From: Nemertoderma westbladi | Lineage: Eukaryota; Animalia; Xenacoelomorpha | DNA length: 64,000 nt | Assembly (NCBI GenBank): GCA_032718475.1 | Contig: JAUCBJ010008237.1 | Coordinates: 62,001-126,000, forward strand | Direction of reading: 5' to 3' | Part shown: positions 61,561-64,000 of the stretch, one piece after another | How positions within the stretch are numbered: position 1 is the stretch's first letter | Layout of the letters: every line of letters starts with the position of its first letter | Notes under the pieces: model-generated | Told to the model about the DNA's origin: nothing | The model's input: only the letters and a program-made list of their open reading frames with translations | The model's database searches: none | Program-made: the position numbers and the translations under genes

Positions 61561-62420
61561 GGAAGGCTTGCATCAACAGACTCATTTAGCTACGCTGGGA
61601 ACAAAGTAACTACTATCATCAATTCCGAATACTTAGGTGTAATTTTCCAATCATCCCTTTAACGAACGTATAAAAGAAAAGCAGCAGCTTGGTCTAGTGG
61701 TGACATTACTGTGCTTCCGATTAGGGAGCCCGGGTTCGATCCCTAGATGGGGCAGCATTGTTTGGGCACAGTGCTTTAAATGCTGCAGCCTAGCCCAACC
61801 CCGGCTTTCATCCTTCAGTGGTCGATAAATGGGAACCAAGGCAACTTGGGAAACAGAGTGGAAGGGTTTACTGTGGAAGATCACCGATGGTGGTGAACAA
61901 GCATTCCTTGGCTTAACGAGCCTAAAAGATTCTCCCATAAAAGAAAAGATAAACACAGCTTTCGGTGATATGGGATCTTTAATAAAACTCCTCTGTATCA
62001 ACCGGTTTAAAAATATTTGAAATTAAAATTGCACCAATGGTCTTGTATGCGATTCGGCCCATATTTAACAGTGTATAATCTCAAAGATCTTTACAAAATT
62101 AAAGTGACATTTATCAAAAAACTACTCGGAGTCCATAAGTCAGCAATTCATATGATAAACTCAAAGGAGATTTCTAGAAGGATCGCCTGGAATATTTGGT
62201 GCAGACGTATTACTTAAAGAAGTACTGGAAATATAGAATGGACAGAGAAAACAAATTTGACATGGAGATCTATCAAACTGGCCCGGCGTTCCGATCGATC
62301 GACGCTCTGATAGTCCTCGAACCAACAACACAACCGCCACATCATTACGAGAACAACTGTTCACGTGTTGCTCCACAAACCGTGCTGCGATTACTCACCT
62401 TTCCACGATCTGTCTTCTGA
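61561..62420 (+). mobile_element. LINE RT C-terminal relic that continues from about 49470-49537
   Basis: Removing the LTR element and one TSD gives NGVEVNLLKTKIVKFRKG/GRLASTDSFSYAG...EYLGVIF, with a one-base shift in the G run. Confidence 0.7.
61681..61936 (+). mobile_element. tRNA-derived SINE, family 1, with TSD
   Basis: A and B boxes; Nin/Deu-like core; TSD ATAAAAGAAAA at 61670-80 and 61937-47. Confidence 0.88.
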
Positions 62421-62496
62421 ATGTATTATTCGCTTCTGTAGACGATCCGCGATCGACCGATACCACGTTTTAATCTGTTTAACTAATTGTTTTGCA

Positions 62497-62920
62497 TTTA
62501 ATGGCAAACTTTAACAATAGACAGACGGTGTGTCTATTGGTTCACCGTTAGGTCCGACTTTTGCCAACGCATTTCTATCGCATCATGAAGTCGGTTGGCT
62601 CGATAATTGTCCAGTTGAAATTAAACCTTTATTTTACCGTCGCTACGTTGATGACACATTTTGGGTCTTTGACAGTGAGTCGTAAGCGGTTCTTCATATA
62701 CCCTATACTTCATATACCTATACTCTAAATATCCAAATATCAAGTTTACATGCGAAACTGAAAGAAATAGCTTTATATCCTTTCTTGATATTTTAATCAC
62801 TCAGAACAATAATAATTTCAGTTTCGATATAGAAGTTTATCATAAAACAACATATACAGGTCAATCAATATAATGAACTTTCATAGCTATTTACCTTTTC
62901 AATACAAGTTTGACCGCCTC
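62497..62920 (+). mobile_element. Penelope-like RT fragment (degraded)
   Basis: Manual translation gives DGVSIGSPLGPTFANAFL...WLDNCP...YRRYVDDTF, then PNIKFTCETE...SFLDILI and VYHKTTYTG. Confidence 0.85.
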
Positions 62921-64000
62921 TCTCAGTACTTTCATTGACTGACTGTGACGATCCAAAGCAAGACTTTAATAATTATTTAATAAATAATAATTGTGCTCCT
63001 TTAATTTAATGTTGTAATATCCATTACCATTAGTATATCCATTATAATTTATATAATTATTATTAACCATTATAATGGGGCGTATCTTTTCCTCTAAAAA
63101 TTGATAAATAGTTGCGCTTACAATTTTCCAATACATTCAAGTGGTTGAAGCCATTTGGTGTTTATACATATACATATAAACTTACATACATTCATATATC
63201 AATCGTTTTTTTGCCCACCTCTTAAGAACCTTTATTAAAATAAAGGTTCGTTATTGAGGAATGAGTGAGTATATGGATGGACGCTCCCCGGCCCGACCCG
63301 GGCGAGACGGAAATGTAGCGCCGAATATCGATGTGGTGCAGCAGCACCAAAGACCCGTTTTACTGTCGGTGTCTAGGAGTTTCTACCTATTTGGGTACAA
63401 CCAGCATTCCATCTTCAGCAGACATCTGAGATACCAAATAATTGTAAATATATAAATAATTGAATTTTGAAAATCTATTCGCATCAGCAACTCCTTTATT
63501 CTGGAGTGATGGGTTCACGCTGTCTGCTGCCAGGAACACATATGTTTTTCATAATAGATTGCTGGTTGCTTTCGATATCATGAAATCCAGATGTGTTTTC
63601 TAAATTTTTCACTTCAACGTGATTAACGCTCGCATTACTGCTTTCAGACAACCTAATGGGAACGATATGGAGTTTGGGTTTTCTGTGTAATAAGGTAATG
63701 ACACTTGTAAGTCTATGTATGAGTTTTATGCCGACCAATTTCAAACCCTATCGATTCAGACAGAAAATTCGACTGGGTACCATGTAGTTAACCATCCATC
63801 AATTATTGAATACGCAGATAACGGGTTCGAGAGATGCAATCGAAACTGGTAGCAACAGCAACAAGCTCACTATTCTTGGAATATAGTGTTGTATTTCAGT
63901 GACCCCCCTCCCCCCCCCCCCCCCCCCCCCTTTACCACCCCCTCAAAAAAAATAATAAAATTACAAATTTTCAAACCTTATTGAGATTACATGCAACTTA

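Noticed and set aside
63261-63744. Short ORFs at the window end
   Set aside because: No motifs or splice structure I could support.

Overview
Eukaryotic, animal-like, AT-rich and transposon-dense window. The only recognisable host gene is an intronless calreticulin (30117-31415, -) ending in HTEL. The rest is nested mobile DNA: two related BEL/Pao LTR retrotransposons, three RTE-clade LINE copies plus a fragment, a truncated piggyBac, Kolobok-like and Helentron/DINE-1-like non-autonomous elements, tRNA-derived SINEs with a Nin/Deu-like core, LINE and Penelope relics, satellites and hairpins. One LTR element (49538-61560) is complete and very young, with a GGAAG TSD; the other (from 7905) is degraded. 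Most notable observation: neither LTR element has a tRNA primer-binding site. In both, the 11-12 nt directly after the 5' LTR are perfectly complementary to a motif at the homologous position inside their own LTR, with three compensatory changes between the copies. This suggests Tf1-like self-primed reverse transcription in a BEL/Pao lineage. The young copy encodes Gag-protease only (no RT or integrase) and carries extra 3' ORFs. All calls were made by eye; no searches were run.
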